The position numbers and the translations under genes are program-made. A stretch of DNA of 63,134 bases, counting the filler. It is 9 parts of 9 records of this genome, joined end to end, with 100 filler letters (N's around TTAATTAATTAA, not from the genome) between each part and the next. Parts side by side here need not be neighbours in the genome. Positions count along the whole stretch, not along the records: positions 56,842 to 63,134 come from SRR31147125_112537; 8 more parts are not named here. The stretch is one strand, 5' to 3'. Below are positions 61,056-63,134 of the stretch, piece after piece; position 1 is the stretch's first letter, and every line of letters starts with the position of its first letter. The notes below the pieces were generated by a model, which did not search any database, was not told where the DNA came from, and worked only from the letters and a program-made list of their open reading frames with translations.

Positions 61056-63134
61056 TCAGTCTTTTAACACAACGCTGACGCCGTCGGCTCCGCCGATCAG
61101 GGATGTGATAAAACATCCGCCACCGCCCGGTGCCTGCGCATCTGTGTCTGTGTTGCTGAACGTGGTAGCGGTGGCTTCGTTGGAGTAGCCGGTGCGTGAC
61201 GATCCATTCAACGTCAGGATTCGATATACATAGGTGGTGTCGGCGGAAAGACCGCTGTCGGTATATTTGCCATCATCGGACCCGGCGATGGCAATGGTCA
61301 CAAAGTCTCCATTGCTGCCGACGCGGCGCCAAATTTCGAAACCGGAGGCGTCCGTTTGGTCGCCGGCCCAATCCAGGCTGATCTGATCGCTGGCCAGTGT
61401 CTGGGTTTGCAATACAACGTTGGCCACCGACTCAAGGGCGTTGTACGCATTAATCCTGCCGGCGGTGGCCACATAATCGGCCAGTTGGGGTTTGCGATCG
61501 ACGCTGGTTTCCACGATCAATCGGACTTCGGCAACAGTCAATGACGGTTTTCGTGTCAAGACCAGGGCCGCGACACCGGATGCGTAGGCGGCCGACATCG
61601 ATGTGCCCTGGTAGTATTGATAGGCACCCGATCCGTCTGTCGCGTCGGCGCAGGTAATGGTCGGGTCCGCTATCGAATAGCCATCTGCGGTGCCGTCGGC
61701 GTCACTGACAAACCGGAACCGCAGGTACACGGCCGCATTGTCGTCAAAACCGCCTAAATCCACCGTGGCCCTTTGCCAGTTCGGCATTGATCCGCTGATG
61801 CTGTCCGTCGTACCGTCATCCTCCAATCCTACCCGTAATGGGGTCCATTCGATCTGATTGGTTGATGCTTCCACGGACAGGCGGTCACCGTCGTCTGCAC
61901 TGATGCCGGCAATCTGAAAATCCATCCTTACACCGGTTTGCCCGCCAAGGTTCAGCGGTTGGGTAGTTTTCGCCCATGTATCGACATTGATGCCGTAGTC
62001 GGTGCCATCGGCGCTTTCAGCAAGCACCTGCTTTCCATCAGACACCTTTTCCAGCCCCCACCGGTTTCCTGTGCCGCCGAAGGCCCAATCATCGGTGTCG
62101 GCGAAATCATCGGTAAAGAGTGTTCTCCGGTCGGGAACCGTGCTGAGAATATCATTCCCCGGCGCCGCCACGTCGGCACGGCTGGTGCCATAATTGGTGA
62201 ACCACGCCGGGTAGTCGTCGGCGTCCGATGCGGCCACCGAAAGAATGTTGACGCTGTCATAGCTGGCCGGATAGAGCGGTGTGACATCCAGATTGTAACC
62301 TTGATTTCCGGCTGCACAGACGACGAATGCATTGGCAGCATCGATAGCATCTTTGAGTGCGTGGCTGTAATGGGTACTTCCCCAGCTTAAATTAATGATA
62401 TCGGCACCCATCCTATCCGCATACTCGATGGCTTCGATGGCGTCGGCGGTGGTTCCGTACTGAGTGGCCGTGATGAATCGCAACGGCATGATGCTGACCT
62501 GCCAACAGACCCCGGTCACGCCTTGATTATTGTTGCCCACGGCTCCAATAACACCGGCCACATGGGTCCCATGGCCTAGGGAATCGAAGGGTGCGTTGTC
62601 ATCCGCCGCAAAATCCCAGCCGTGTACATCATCCACATAACCGTTGTCGTCGTCGTCCAGGTTATTGCCTGGAATTTCATCCGGATTGGTCCAGAGATTG
62701 GCCACAAGGTCCGGGTGGTCGAGATCGAGACCGCTGTCCACAACGGCCACGACGATATTGTGGCTGCCGGTTTCAAGGTCCCATGCTCTCTTGGCATCTA
62801 CGTCGGCATAAAGGGTGCCAGATGATCCATTGATCGACTGCCCGTCATTATGCAGTCCCCACAACTGGTCGAAGCGGGGATCATCGGGAGACGCCTGGAT
62901 GCGATAGCGATAATTGGGTTCGGCATAGAGAACATCCGGGTCGGATCGATACAAGGCGACAGCCTGATTGACCGTCATGCCGGCCGGCAGGTTTATTTTG
63001 CGAATGCCGCTCTTGCCAAGGGTGCGGGCCTTGGACAAGGCCATGCGTTCTGGTAATGCATCGACCGCTGCAAGGCCTTGCTTTCCCTATATTTGACCAG
63101 CACCTCACCGTCCACAAAGGGTTGTTCGGTGGGG
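61056..63134 (-). CDS. S8 subtilisin-family serine peptidase with inserted beta-sandwich, FN3 domain and GGGGCFI tail (5'-truncated; frameshift near 63042)
   Basis: Triad VAVVDSG / GHGTHVAG / GTSMS, oxyanion AAGN, propeptide YAEPNY, FN3 (LDW...GFEIWR...YTDSGL...TYVYRI), ends GGGGCFITSLIGG... Confidence 0.92.

Noticed and set aside
1..63134. Search for CRISPR arrays, tRNA/rRNA, reverse transcriptases and in-frame Sec/Pyl readthrough
   Set aside because: None recognised by eye. The ORF breaks I examined are frame changes, not in-frame TGA/TAG, except inside IS pseudogenes. Infernal and tRNAscan runs would be needed to exclude small RNAs.

Overview
The window is not one locus. It is nine unrelated contigs of about 5.6-11 kb, joined by eight identical 100-nt artificial spacers (N-run + TTAATTAATTAA + N-run), most likely from a metagenome of an anoxic community. 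(1) 1-11032, Clostridia-like: two Fe-S old-yellow-enzyme (OYE) flavoreductases, an orphan solute-binding lipoprotein, an aldo/keto-reductase-ferredoxin whose catalytic tetrad looks lost, a bicupin, a soluble chemoreceptor, a UroD/MtaA-family methyltransferase and an SLC13 transporter. (2) 11133-16687: rnf(C)DGEAB operon, Desulfobacterota-like. (3) 16788-22442: exopolysaccharide-tailoring operon (NadE-like, carrier protein, adenylating ligase, FemAB, DegT, WecB). (4) 22543-28500, Clostridia-like: IS debris, epimerase, a ferredoxin missed by the ORF track, lipoprotein, YtrA-type ABC/GntR operon, a dispersed 41-bp repeat and an orphan terminase large subunit. (5) 28601-35634: acyl-CoA dehydrogenase / phosphotransferase / SDR / hydratase cluster resembling the Lva and ACAD10/11 4-hydroxyacid route. 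(6) 35735-41600: tolQRA, HD hydrolase, sdhCAB. (7) 41701-50421, Alphaproteobacteria-like: sugar ABC permeases, an uncharacterised PMI-like cupin, SorC regulator, IS debris, split transketolase and FGGY kinase (apiose-pathway-like). (8) 50522-56741: cysC, rmlACDB, a beta-helix glycanase-like gene and a flippase. (9) 56842-63134: efflux outer-membrane lipoprotein and two secreted proteins that both end in a short GGGG-CFI-xxLxGG tail. More than 15 single-base frameshifts, mostly in homopolymer runs, are most likely sequencing errors. I saw no rRNA, tRNA or CRISPR array. Best leads are the shared truncated CFI C-terminal signal, the PMI-like cupin in the apiose-like cluster, the tetrad-less AKR-ferredoxin beside an OYE, the orphan terminase, the dispersed repeat and the Lva-like module in a probable anaerobe. 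Taxonomic labels and family calls come from recognising sequence motifs by eye, not from database searches.
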